64,000 nt of DNA from an uncultured Verrucomicrobiae bacterium. Lineage in GTDB: Bacteria > Verrucomicrobiota > Verrucomicrobiia > Palsa-1439. The first letter of the stretch is position 1. Every line of letters begins with the position of its first letter. Both the position numbers and the translations under genes were made by a program. The notes under the pieces were generated by a model. That model did no database searches. It worked only from the letters and a program-made list of their open reading frames with translations, and had not been told where the DNA came from. The stretch lies in NCBI GenBank assembly GCA_963712025.1, contig CAVQGJ010000002.1, positions 131,005 to 195,004 of the forward strand, in the 5' to 3' direction. This document shows, in pieces, positions 39,916 through 49,561 of this stretch.

Positions 39916-41164
39916 ATGACGATGCGCGACGCGGCATCGCCGTGGCACCACGCGTTCCGCAGGTGGGCCAGGTCATCGGTGCTTGTCATGGCTGCCGTGT
40001 TGGTCATCGGGCTGGGAGTGGTGACCGTCTATCGTGCCGCCTACTCGCCCGATCACCGGTCTGATTTCACCGTGTATACCGCCGCCGGCGATGCTGCTCT
40101 CGCCGGCGCGGACCTCTACAAGGCGCAAAACCCCCGCAGGTTATCCTACGTGTATCCGCCTCCGTTTGCCATCCTCATGGTCCCATTCTCCCTGCTGCCA
40201 GTGTCCCTGGGTTCGCTCGCGTGGTATGTCCTCTCGGTGTTGCTTACGTTCTGGTCGCTGCGAATGTGCGTCGCCATGGTGCAAGAGGAGCGGCGCTTCG
40301 ACGGCGATACATTCTGGATGGCGGTATTGGCGGCCGTGCTGGTGCTGCCGTGGTTCATCCAGGGAACGGCGGAAGGCCAGGCAACATTGTTGATGTCGTG
40401 GCTGGTGGTGGCGGCGTTATATTGGCAGACCAAGAACCGTCCTGATCCTCGGCGCAACCTGTCTGGCCGGCGCAATCCTGGTGAAAGTGTTCCCGGCAGT
40501 GTTGCTCGCCTATTTCGGCTGGCGTCAGAAGTGGCGGTTTGTCGTCGCCACGCTCGTGCTGGTTGTCATCGGCGCCCTCGTGCCACCCGCCATGGTATTC
40601 GGCTGGAGCAGAACCTTGACCTACTGGCGCGAATGGGCCGCCGTGGTCGGAGGGCCATCGCTAGGCAACGAGCAGCAGCGTCGCGGAAGTCCCGTGGACG
40701 GTCAGTTGCTCAGCCCGTACAAGGTGCGAAGCCAGACGTTGGAGGCCGTTTGCTGGCGGCTGACGGGCGCCGGGCACGCGCGGGAGATCGCCGTGACGAC
40801 CGCCGTCGCCATGCTGTTGATCATCGGGCGCATCGGATGGCGGTCGCAACCGCAGAGCGAATCCCTGATCGTGTCAGCGATATTGGTCTGGATGATCCTG
40901 GCGGCGCCACTTTCGGAGTTTCATTATCTCCTTGTCTTATTGCTCCCAATGATGGCAATGGTCTTTGTGGCAGTCCATGAGCCGGACGGGGTGACCCGCT
41001 GGCTGGTGCGCGTGACGTTGGCCGTGTTTGCCGTGGCCAGCCTGCTGACGGTGGGGTTTGTGCCGCTGCAGCAAATGGGGCTGCTGTGTTGGGCAATGAT
41101 CGGGTTGTGGGGCGTGCTGTTGACGGTTGTGGTCCGTCAGGCACGAATGAACGGTTCGGAATGA
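39916..41164 (+). pseudogene. GT87/DUF2029-like polytopic GT-C glycosyltransferase with an apparent frame change near 40435-40445
   Basis: ATG 39916: MTMRDAASPW.. followed by TM segments. DFTVYTAAGDAALAGADLY..YVYPPPFAILMVP is the PimE/DUF2029-type N-terminal loop. The sequence continues in frame 2 (..LILGATCLAGAILVKVFPAVLLAYFGW..). Confidence 0.65.
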
Positions 41165-42069
41165 CCCGTGTGGCTGGCCGGCGACGCCCAGGCCGATCCA
41201 CGCGGGAAACAGCAAGGAGGGTTATGCGCCAGGTGAAGGATCAGGGCCAGAGTCAGATCACCATGCCGTTTGCCGACGAAACGATGGTACACGATGACAG
41301 CCGCGGGAGCGGAACCGATTCACAATGGTTCGGTTCCCTCGTTTCCACGCCGATTTCGCTGGTGCTGCCGATGTTCAATGAAGGTCCGGCCGTCGACGTC
41401 ACGTTGAAACACGCGATCGAAGGTCTCGAACGCAAGTTCGCGGATTTCGAGATTGTTGTGGCCGACGACGCCAGCACCGACGGGTGCGCCGAGAAAGTGG
41501 AACAGTGGACCCGCAGCGACCCGCGAATCCGACTGGTGCGCCTCCCGCACAACCAACGATTTGGGGGCGCGCTGTGCGCCGGTTTCCAGGCCGCTTCGAA
41601 AGATTTTCTCGTGTACACCGATTTCGATCTGCCGATCCGGTTGGACAGCCTGCCGCGCCTGCTGGAAGCGTTTTCGGACGCGGATGTGTTGACCGGTTAT
41701 TCCGATGCGGGCGCCAAATACGCCAATTGGAAATCGAGGGTGATCTCCCTCGGCTACAATTCGATGGTGCGCGCGTTATTCGGGTTGCGGCTGCGCGACA
41801 TCAATTTCGGATTCAAGGCGGTGCGGCGGTCGGTTTGGGAGAAAATGCGGCTCCGTTCCCGCAGCCCATTTGTCGATGCCGAGTTGTTCGTGCAGGCCGA
41901 GCACCTCGGCTACCGCGTGAAAGAGGTCCCCGTGCCCTTTGTGCAACGGCAGTTGGGAGCGTCCCACATCCGCCGACTGGATGTCATCGCCGCCACCATG
42001 TTCGACATGGCGAAACTGCGCCTGACGTTGTCGCGCCGGCTGGGGCGGCGCGCCGACCCCCGCGCCTAG
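41161..42069 (+). CDS. GT2 glycosyltransferase, polyprenyl-phosphate sugar synthase type (Dpm1/ArnC/GtrB-like)
   Basis: ISLVLPMFNEGP..FEIVVADDASTDG..YTDFDLP (DxD). ATGA overlap with the preceding GT-C gene. Confidence 0.85.
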   Translation: MTRVAGRRRPGRSTRETARRVMRQVKDQGQSQITMPFADETMVHDDSRGSGTDSQWFGSLVSTPISLVLPMFNEGPAVDVTLKHAIEGLERKFADFEIVVADDASTDGCAEKVEQWTRSDPRIRLVRLPHNQRFGGALCAGFQAASKDFLVYTDFDLPIRLDSLPRLLEAFSDADVLTGYSDAGAKYANWKSRVISLGYNSMVRALFGLRLRDINFGFKAVRRSVWEKMRLRSRSPFVDAELFVQAEHLGYRVKEVPVPFVQRQLGASHIRRLDVIAATMFDMAKLRLTLSRRLGRRADPRA

Positions 42070-42070
42070 A

Positions 42071-42892
42071 TTGTTCGTGAAGCTCCTGATCGTCAACGCC
42101 GACGATTTCGGGCTCGACCCGGCCGTCAACGCCGCAATCACAAAAGCCCACACCGACGGTCTGTTGACCAGCGCCAGTTTGTTGATCGCCGCGCCTCATG
42201 CGGCGGAGGCAGTCGAGTTTGCCCGGTCCCACCCGGAACTTGGTGTCGGCCTTCATCTTTGCCTGGTGGACGGTCGCTCTGCGGCGCTTTCGGATAAAAT
42301 CCCCGCGCTGGCAACCGAGGCGGGAGAATTGCCGTCGAGTCCGTTCGCTCTCAGCGCCCGATTGTTGTCCAACAAGAAACTGGATACAGACATCGAAATC
42401 GAACTGCGGGCGCAAATCAGCCGGTTCATGGCCACGGGTCTGCGTCCGACCCACCTCGACACGCACCAGCATATGCACTTGCACCCGCGTGTGTTGGCGG
42501 TTGTCACCCGTCTGGCGCGCGAGCACGGCATCACCTTCATCCGCGCCCCGGTCGAGCCCCTCTGGCCGGCGATCCACTGCGGCTGGCAACGGTTGCCGCG
42601 GAAACTTGCCCGCTGGACGATATTCGCTGCGCTTGGTTCGTGGACGAAGCAACAACTGCGCCGCCAGGGCTTTCATACGGTCGATCGCGCGGTCGGCGTG
42701 CTTGACCCCGGGCATCTGACCGAGCCGTTCCTCGCGTCGTATCTCCCGGAATTGCCGGACGGACTCACGGAAATGTTCTTCCACCCCGCCGACCGCCCGG
42801 CCGAACCCCTGCTCCGGATGCAGCGCGGCTACGAGCACGCCGCCGAATTGCAGGCCCTCTGCAGTCCGCGCCTGCGGCAAGCTCATCAATGA
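42071..42892 (+). CDS. YdjC/ChbG/HpnK-family carbohydrate deacetylase
   Basis: KLLIVNADDFGLDPAVN and LDTHQHMHLHP are metal-site motifs of the YdjC family. Start is TTG 42071 or GTG 42077; it lies 2 nt after the GT2 stop. Confidence 0.85.
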   Translation: MFVKLLIVNADDFGLDPAVNAAITKAHTDGLLTSASLLIAAPHAAEAVEFARSHPELGVGLHLCLVDGRSAALSDKIPALATEAGELPSSPFALSARLLSNKKLDTDIEIELRAQISRFMATGLRPTHLDTHQHMHLHPRVLAVVTRLAREHGITFIRAPVEPLWPAIHCGWQRLPRKLARWTIFAALGSWTKQQLRRQGFHTVDRAVGVLDPGHLTEPFLASYLPELPDGLTEMFFHPADRPAEPLLRMQRGYEHAAELQALCSPRLRQAHQ

Positions 42893-43085
42893 GTCCGGGA
42901 TTCATCTCACCAATTTTCGGGAGTTGTCACTCCCCGGCTCCTGACTTCTGACTCCCGTTGCCGCCATCCACGGCGATTCGCATCCATGGTTCGCCGTTCT
43001 GTGGTTGACAGCTACTGTGCAGCGGACAAAAATCGGTACCGTAAAAATAGCCGCGCTGGCACCCAACTCGACGCCCAAGCATGAC

Positions 43086-43799
43086 GTGAAAAAGAATTCT
43101 GTGAACCTGAAGGCACTACTATTCGGTCTTGGCTTCTCCCTGCTGCTGGTTGAACAAACGCTCCACGGCCAGCAAGGCGATGTTGACCGTAATCGACTCG
43201 CCGAACTCCGCGCCAACGCGGAAACAGGCGATGCCAAAGTCCAGAATGAACTGGGCCTCCGCTATGCCAACGGCCAGGGCATAACGACGAATGTGGCGGA
43301 GGCGGTGAAGTGGTTTCACAAGGCTGCCGACCAGAATTTCGCCGCGGCTGAATTTAATCTGGGCGTCTCCTACGCCACCGGCCAGGGCATAACGACAAAT
43401 GTGGCGGAGGCGGTGAAATGGTTTCGCAAGGCCGCCGACCAGAATCTCGCCAAGGCCCAATTCAATCTGGGCCTCTGCTACGAGGAAGGCCGCGGCGTGA
43501 CCAAAGATGAGGCAGAGGCGGTGGCATGGTTTCACAGAGCCGCCAGCCAGAATCTCGCCGTGGCTCAATACCTACTGGGCGACTGCTACGCCAGGGGCCG
43601 CGGCGTGACGAAGGATGAGACGGAGTCGGTGAAATGGATCGCTCTGGCGGCGGCGCAAGGCATGGCGGAAGCGAAGGCGGACATTCCCTGGATTGAAAGC
43701 CACGTGCCGGAGAAGCAAATAGCGGAGGGGAAACAGCGGGCGATGGATTGGCTCGAAAGGCAGCGGAGGATGTCCTCCACAAGCGATTTCAATCCTTGA
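43086..43799 (+). CDS. secreted Sel1-like repeat (SLR) protein
   Basis: GTG 43086 gives the signal peptide (M)KKNSVNLKALLFGLGFSLLLV. Five units of ..A.(K)W(F/I).KAA.Q....A.(F/Y)NLG..Y..G.G... Confidence 0.8.
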   Translation: MKKNSVNLKALLFGLGFSLLLVEQTLHGQQGDVDRNRLAELRANAETGDAKVQNELGLRYANGQGITTNVAEAVKWFHKAADQNFAAAEFNLGVSYATGQGITTNVAEAVKWFRKAADQNLAKAQFNLGLCYEEGRGVTKDEAEAVAWFHRAASQNLAVAQYLLGDCYARGRGVTKDETESVKWIALAAAQGMAEAKADIPWIESHVPEKQIAEGKQRAMDWLERQRRMSSTSDFNP

Positions 43800-43878
43800 C
43801 TCATTTTTCCCAGCCCCTGTTGCACCCGGCATTTGTGGGGGGGTGCGGCCGGCAACGGAACGTCTCGTCGGACTCGGC

Positions 43879-44925
43879 TTACTGGCGAGCTTGGAGTTGC
43901 GTGAGCGCGCTCCGCGCCTCGGCGTAATCCGGCTTGATCCGCAGGGCCTGCTCGTAGTGCACAATCGCCTCTGGCACCCGGCCCGCCTGCGCCAAAGCGT
44001 TCGCCAGATTGCAGTGCGCCTCGACGGAATCGGGCTTGATCCGCAACGCCCGTTCATAATGCCCGATGGCATCGCTGACCTTGCCCTCCCGCAAGAAGGC
44101 ATTTCCCAAATTGATGTGCGCCTCGGCGTAATCGGGATTGATCCGCAGCGCCTGTTCGTAGTGGTCAATAGCCTCTTCACGCTTGCCGGTGCGATACAAA
44201 GCCAGCCCGAGGTTGCTGTGCGCTTCGGCGTATTGGGGATTGATCCGAAGCGCCTGCTCCAAATGCTCGATCGCTTCCGGCATCCTGCCCAATCTCATCA
44301 AAGCGATCCCCAGATTGTTGTGGGCCGCAGCACTATCGGGTTCGATCCGTAATAGCTGCTCGTAGTGGGCGATGGCTTCGTCGAGCTTTCCCGTTTGCGC
44401 CAACGTCGCCGCCAGATCGTAGTGCGCCTGGGCGTAATCGGGATTAATCCGCAGGGCCTGCTCGTAGTGGGCAATGGCTTCGTCGAGCTTTCCCGTTTGC
44501 GCCAAAACCACCCCCAAACCGGTGTGTGCTTCGGCGTAATCGGGCTTGATCCGCAGGGCCTGCTCGTAGTGGGCGACGGCTTCCCCGATCTTTCCCGCTT
44601 GTGCCAAAACCGCTCCCAGATTGTTGTGCGCCGCGGCGTAATCGGGAGTAATCCGCAGAGCTTGCTCCCAGTGACTGATCGCCTCCGGGAGCCTACCCAG
44701 ACGGGCCAGGGCGAGCCCAAAGTCGTTGTGCGCTTTAGAAGAATCAAGTTTGATCCGCAGGGCCTGCTCGTAGTGCCCTATCGCCTCTTGAATTCTGCCC
44801 GATTGCACCAGGGCATTTCCCAGGTTGATTTGCGCATCGGCCAAATCGGGATAGAGGCGCAGTGCCCGCTCGAACTGCCGAATCGCCTCCTGCACCTGTC
44901 CCGACGCTTGTAGTTGCATCCCCCA
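43879..44925 (-). repeat. in-frame tandem TPR units (about 10 x 102 bp) of paralog B
   Basis: Units of AI.HYEQALRI.PDYAEAH.NLG..L...G...EA are repeated with strong nucleotide-level similarity. Confidence 0.8.
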
Positions 44926-47044
44926 GTCGTTGTCCGCCTCGGCACATCCCTCGACGCTCGCTAACAGGTTAAATGCCACCGAGAAGGCCAGCAGGAGTCC
45001 GTAGCCCCAGCGCAGCACACGCCGCCAGAGCGGTTGACAAGCCATAGCGCGCTCCAAACTCAAGATGCCAACCACCGCCAGCAGTACCAGCGCCGGCACG
45101 AAGTCCACCTCATAGCGAGGGACAACGAAGCGGAACAACCCAAGCGTCAACGCGCACGTCCCAAACAGCAGGGCGACAGTTATCACGAACCCGCGCAAGA
45201 CCGACCTCGCCTGACCCGACCAACCCCGCCACGCCAGCGGCGCCGCCAATGCCAGCCACGCCAGGGGAATGTTGGTCAGCACACCGAAAGCATGTGTGGC
45301 GCGAGGCACGAAAGGAAAACGACCGCTCCAATCCGCCGTCTCAAGAAAATAAGCCCGCAAGTCTGACCAGACATAACGCAAACCGAACTGTTGAACTGCG
45401 AGCTGTGACGCGTGTTGGTCAACATGGTAATGCCAGCCGAACTCAAATGGATTATCGAAACGCAGTTCGTTGTACAGCATCAGCCCCAGTCCGATGAGTG
45501 TGATCGGGAGCGTCGCTGCCGCCAGCACCGCCCACACCTGCCGCCGCTCACGCCACGCTTGGGCCACTGGTACCAGCAGGATAATCGCACCGAACAACAA
45601 ATTTGGTCGCGCCCCCACTGCCAGCCCGTACGCCAGCACTCGCTGCGGCCAGCCATCCCACCCCCGCTCCGTCCCCTGTAACGCACACCAAATGCCTCCC
45701 AGCGCCAGCATCGTCAGCATATACCCGCAACTGATCGCCACTTCCCAAACCTCGCACTGAGCCAAGAGGGGCGGCAGGAATGCAGCCAAGCCAAGCGCCA
45801 GAACGCACGGCGGCCACCACCGCGACGCTGACTTCGGGGAAGTAGCGCCGCCACAGGCCGCGTAGTATCCCCACGCTCGCCAAAAAACCCACGGCGCAAA
45901 AAATCGTCATGGCCTGACGATAGAACAGGTAGTGGCCGGTCAGCGCCACATACGGCCAGAACAGCATCACGGCGGGCGTAACCCCGAAATAAAGGTACAA
46001 CTTGCCCCGGTAATAACTCAGGTCCATCACCCCGTTGGGGCGAAGTAGAGTCGGGGTATAGGGGTCGGCGAGCTGCGCAAGCCCGGGCGGCACTTCTTTC
46101 TTCAGGTTGAGCTGGCCGGCGCGAAAACTTTGCACCAACAAATTGTAGTAGCTGCTGGCCGCATTCAGACTGAGTTGTGTGACAGCCCCTTCGTGGGCCG
46201 TACATGCGTAAACCCCGATAACGAGCAAACACACGGAAGCCAGGACTCCGTGCTGAATCCAGGGAAGTTTCGCTCCGGATGCTTCTGCCTGTTGTCGATG
46301 AGGCTCACCGGGTATGGCCGGTGAGACCTCACCGGGCCGATCTGGCAGCAAGCGCCAAACCCAAGAGAGAGTGAGAAAAGCCAGCCAACTGAGCGTTGCG
46401 GAGATGACAAACGCCACACCGCCAAAACCCAGGCTTCGCCAGATGCGCTCGGCCTTCGTGCAGACGCCAAAGCTGCGCGACGCGAACTCAAAACGATTCT
46501 TCCATTCGTAAGATTCGACAAAGCTGCCCGGATTCACCTCCAGGTATTGCATTGCCCTGGCTTTAAGAATCTGACCGTTCGACGAAGTCAGTCCACGACT
46601 GGCAGCTTCAATGTCTTCCCATTGCCGGATGATGGCAACTTTCTCCGGCGGAAACTTCTTCCGCAACGCCGCCTCGATCTCCTCGGGCTTTGCACCCTCC
46701 GGGTATTCGTCTGTCGTGTTGTACTCTGGAATCTCGACAACAATCTTGTGCTCTCTCTTACCGGGAAAAACATCGAAAACCTTCGCCAACCGTGATTGCG
46801 TGAGAACCGTATGCGCGAAAATCATCATTTGACGACCATCGGGAGACGTCACCGTGTAAAGGGTTCCCTCTGTCTGCTGGCCAAGGCGAAACTGCTCCAG
46901 CAACACGTTGGCCTCGTTGATTTTGGAGGGCTCGTCGCCCGTCGGAGCGCGCCAAACCGAGACCGTCTGCATTAGGAATGCAGTCAAGCCGACAATCGCA
47001 GAGACGACTACCCGCGTCCGGCTACATGGCACAATTATCCTCAT
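43879..47044 (-). pseudogene. membrane-TPR paralog B with a ~258-aa N-terminal extension; one extra nucleotide near 45795-45805
   Basis: ORF 45548..47044 (extension plus ..SSYYNLLVQSFRAGQLNLKKE..DLSYYRGKLYLYFGVTPAV..LWRRYFPEVSV) and ORF 43879..45789 (..CGYMLTMLALGG.. followed by about 10 TPR units) are colinear with the intact paralog C. Confidence 0.7.
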
Positions 47045-47235
47045 GGCAAAGACGCCTCGACTGCGTCGATGACGATTCTAAGCCTGCAAAAAGGATCTGT
47101 CATTGAAGAAACGGCGCATCATTTGGAAGGTCCCGTTGGTTGCACCGTCGGCAAGCCTTCGGCGCGTTTACGCCACCAGCCGGTCCGGGGCGCGTACCGT
47201 TGAACTCGGCTCCAGGGCTACGCTCACGCTTCGGC

Positions 47236-47960
47236 TTATGGGCGAGCTTGCAGTCGCGCGAGCACGCTCTGCGCCTGGATGAAATCGGGCTTGATCCGTA
47301 GCGCCAGTTTTAAATGCTCGATCGCTTCCGGTATCCTCCCCACCTGGCCCAAAGCCACCCCCAGATTGTAGTGCGCGTCCGCGAAATCGGGCTTGATCCG
47401 CAGCGCCTGCTCGAAGTGCTGAATGGCTTCCTCGATCTTTCCCGTTCGCGCCAAAGCGATCGCCAGATCGTCGTGCGCCTCGGCGTAATTGGGATTAATC
47501 CGGAGGGTTTGCTCGAAGTGCTGGATGGCTTCCCCGGTCTTGCCCGTTTGCGCCAGAGTTACCCCAAGATAGTAGTGCACGTCGGCGAAATCGGGGTTGA
47601 TCCGCAGGGCCTGCTCGAAGTGGGCGATGGCTTCCTCGACCCTACCCGTTCGTGCCAAAGTCATCGCCAGATCGTAGTGCGCCTCGGCGTAATCGGGCTT
47701 GATCCGCAGGGCCTGCTCGAAGTGCTGGATGGCTTCCCCGGTCTTGCCCGCTCGCTCCAAGGTTACCCCCAGATTGTTGTGTCCCTCGGCGTGATCGGGC
47801 TTGATCCGCAGGGCTTGCTCTTGGTGCCCAATCGCCTCCGGCAGCTTGCCGAGCTGCATGAAAGCGTTCCCCAGGCACTCGTGAGCGTCGGCGTCATCCG
47901 GGTCGATCTGCAGCGCGTGCTCATACTGCTCGATCGCCTCCTGAAGTCTCCCCGCAGACT
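47236..47960 (-). repeat. in-frame tandem TPR units (about 7 x 102 bp) of paralog C
   Basis: AI.HFEQALRI.PD.A.AH..L...L...G...EA units. Confidence 0.8.
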
Positions 47961-49371
47961 TCAATTTGAGCCCGCGAAGCGTGTCGACCTCGGCGTAATG
48001 GTCGGCGGTCGCGAGCAGATTCAACGCCACCGAGAAGGCCAAGAGCACGCCCCAGCCACCGCGCGCGGCCCGCGGCCAGCCCGGCCGGTCCGCCAGTGCG
48101 CGCTCCAGTCCGAGAATGCCAATCACTGCCAACAGCAGCAGTGACGGCAGGAAGTCCACCTCATAATCGAAGCTCGAGGCATAGAAAAGCCCCAGAGTGA
48201 ACGCGCACGCTCCAAACACCAGCGCTGTGGCCGTCACAAACCGGCGCAAGATCGATGCCGTCTGACCCGACCGACCCCGCCACGCCAGCGGCGCCGCCAG
48301 TGCCAGCCACACCAGCGGAATGTTCGTCAGGATGCCGAAGGGTTGTTTCGTCATCTGTGCATCATAGCCCGCCGGCAAAGGTGGCACGGGGGCTTCATGC
48401 ACGAAAGGGAAGCGGGTACTCCAGCGCGCCGGCTCCAGAAAGTAGCCGCGGAAATTAAACCAGAGAAAATGCGGACTGAAGGCCTGCCGCGCAACCTGCC
48501 GGTCCGTGGCCAACTGGTAGCGCCAGCCGAACTCGAATGGATTATCGAAGCGCAGTTGGTTGTAGAGCATCAGCCCCAACCCAATGAATGTGATCGGGAC
48601 AACCGCCGCTGCCAGCACAGGCCAAATTCGTTGCCGCTCGCGCCACGCCTGGGCCACCGGCACCAGCAGGGCGACCGCGCCGAACAACAGGTTTTGTCGC
48701 GCCGCCACTGCCAGCCCGTACGCCGCACTCGCCGCCGCCAGCCATCGCCACCCCCGCTCCGGCTCGTGTAACGCGCGCCAAATGCCTCCCAGTGCCAACA
48801 TCGTCAACATATACCCGCAACTGCGCGCCACCTGGTAAAAGCTCGCTTGCGTCAACTGCGCCAGGGTACCCGCCGCCAATCCGAGCGCGACCGCGCCGGC
48901 GGCCACCACCCAGACGCTCACCTCGGAGAAATAGCGCCGCCACAGCGCGCACAGCAAGCCCACGCTGGCCAGGAAGCCGATGGCGCAAAATACCACCACG
49001 GCCAGTCGATGAGAAAGGTAGTGGCCGGTCAATGCGACAAACGGCCAAAACAGTATCAACGCCGGTGTCACCCCAAAGTAAACGTAGAGACGGCCCTCGT
49101 AGTAGCTCAGGTCGTGCATCCGGTATGGGGCCGACCGATAGATTTCATTGGCGGCTGGATCGTAGGGGTCGCCGAGTCGTGTGAGCCCGACCGGCACCTC
49201 CTTTTTCAGGTTGAGCTGGCCGGCGCGAAAGCCCTGCACCAATAGATTGTAAGAAGCGTCCGCCGCATTCTCCAAGCCGAACTTCTCCCAATCCCCCGGC
49301 AGGCTCATGTACGCGTCGAGCCCGATGACCAGCGCGCACACGGCGCCCAGTGAGATCCATGCGGTTTTCAT
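47236..49371 (-). CDS. membrane-TPR paralog C, the only intact copy (putative GT-C-type glycosyltransferase with C-terminal TPR domain)
   Basis: 711 aa: about 11 predicted TM segments by eye, a periplasmic loop GDPYDPAANEIYRSAPYRMHDLSYYEGRLYVYFGVTPAL, then about 7 TPR units. The GT-C assignment is architectural inference. Confidence 0.75.
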   Translation of the reverse strand: MKTAWISLGAVCALVIGLDAYMSLPGDWEKFGLENAADASYNLLVQGFRAGQLNLKKEVPVGLTRLGDPYDPAANEIYRSAPYRMHDLSYYEGRLYVYFGVTPALILFWPFVALTGHYLSHRLAVVVFCAIGFLASVGLLCALWRRYFSEVSVWVVAAGAVALGLAAGTLAQLTQASFYQVARSCGYMLTMLALGGIWRALHEPERGWRWLAAASAAYGLAVAARQNLLFGAVALLVPVAQAWRERQRIWPVLAAAVVPITFIGLGLMLYNQLRFDNPFEFGWRYQLATDRQVARQAFSPHFLWFNFRGYFLEPARWSTRFPFVHEAPVPPLPAGYDAQMTKQPFGILTNIPLVWLALAAPLAWRGRSGQTASILRRFVTATALVFGACAFTLGLFYASSFDYEVDFLPSLLLLAVIGILGLERALADRPGWPRAARGGWGVLLAFSVALNLLATADHYAEVDTLRGLKLKSAGRLQEAIEQYEHALQIDPDDADAHECLGNAFMQLGKLPEAIGHQEQALRIKPDHAEGHNNLGVTLERAGKTGEAIQHFEQALRIKPDYAEAHYDLAMTLARTGRVEEAIAHFEQALRINPDFADVHYYLGVTLAQTGKTGEAIQHFEQTLRINPNYAEAHDDLAIALARTGKIEEAIQHFEQALRIKPDFADAHYNLGVALGQVGRIPEAIEHLKLALRIKPDFIQAQSVLARLQARP

Positions 49372-49486
49372 CGTCCCCGCGAGCCTTTCGTCACGAAACT
49401 TCCCTCATTCGGTTGAATAAGCTCTCCCCGTTTGTCAAACGTCAAGTCGAGAATTGGCAATCGGGCCTGCCTTCCCGCTGTGGACG
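49372..49486 (-). promoter_or_regulatory. conserved 5' leader/promoter region of paralog C (shared with paralog D)
   Basis: About 115 bp directly upstream of the start codon align with 52116..52230 (about 85-90% identical by eye). On the sense strand the region contains tandem TTGACgtTTGACA. Confidence 0.35.
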
Positions 49487-49561
49487 ACTTGCGAACCTCG
49501 AGGTTTAACATTCCGAGAGGTGCCGTTGGACTCGGCTCCAGCGCTACCCTCGCGCTTCGGC

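Noticed and set aside
45780-45830. Programmed ribosomal frameshifting as the explanation for the shared +1 nt in paralogs B and D
   Set aside because: I could not see a slippery heptamer, a stimulatory hairpin or a rare-codon pause context at either site. An inherited lesion or a sequencing artefact is more parsimonious.
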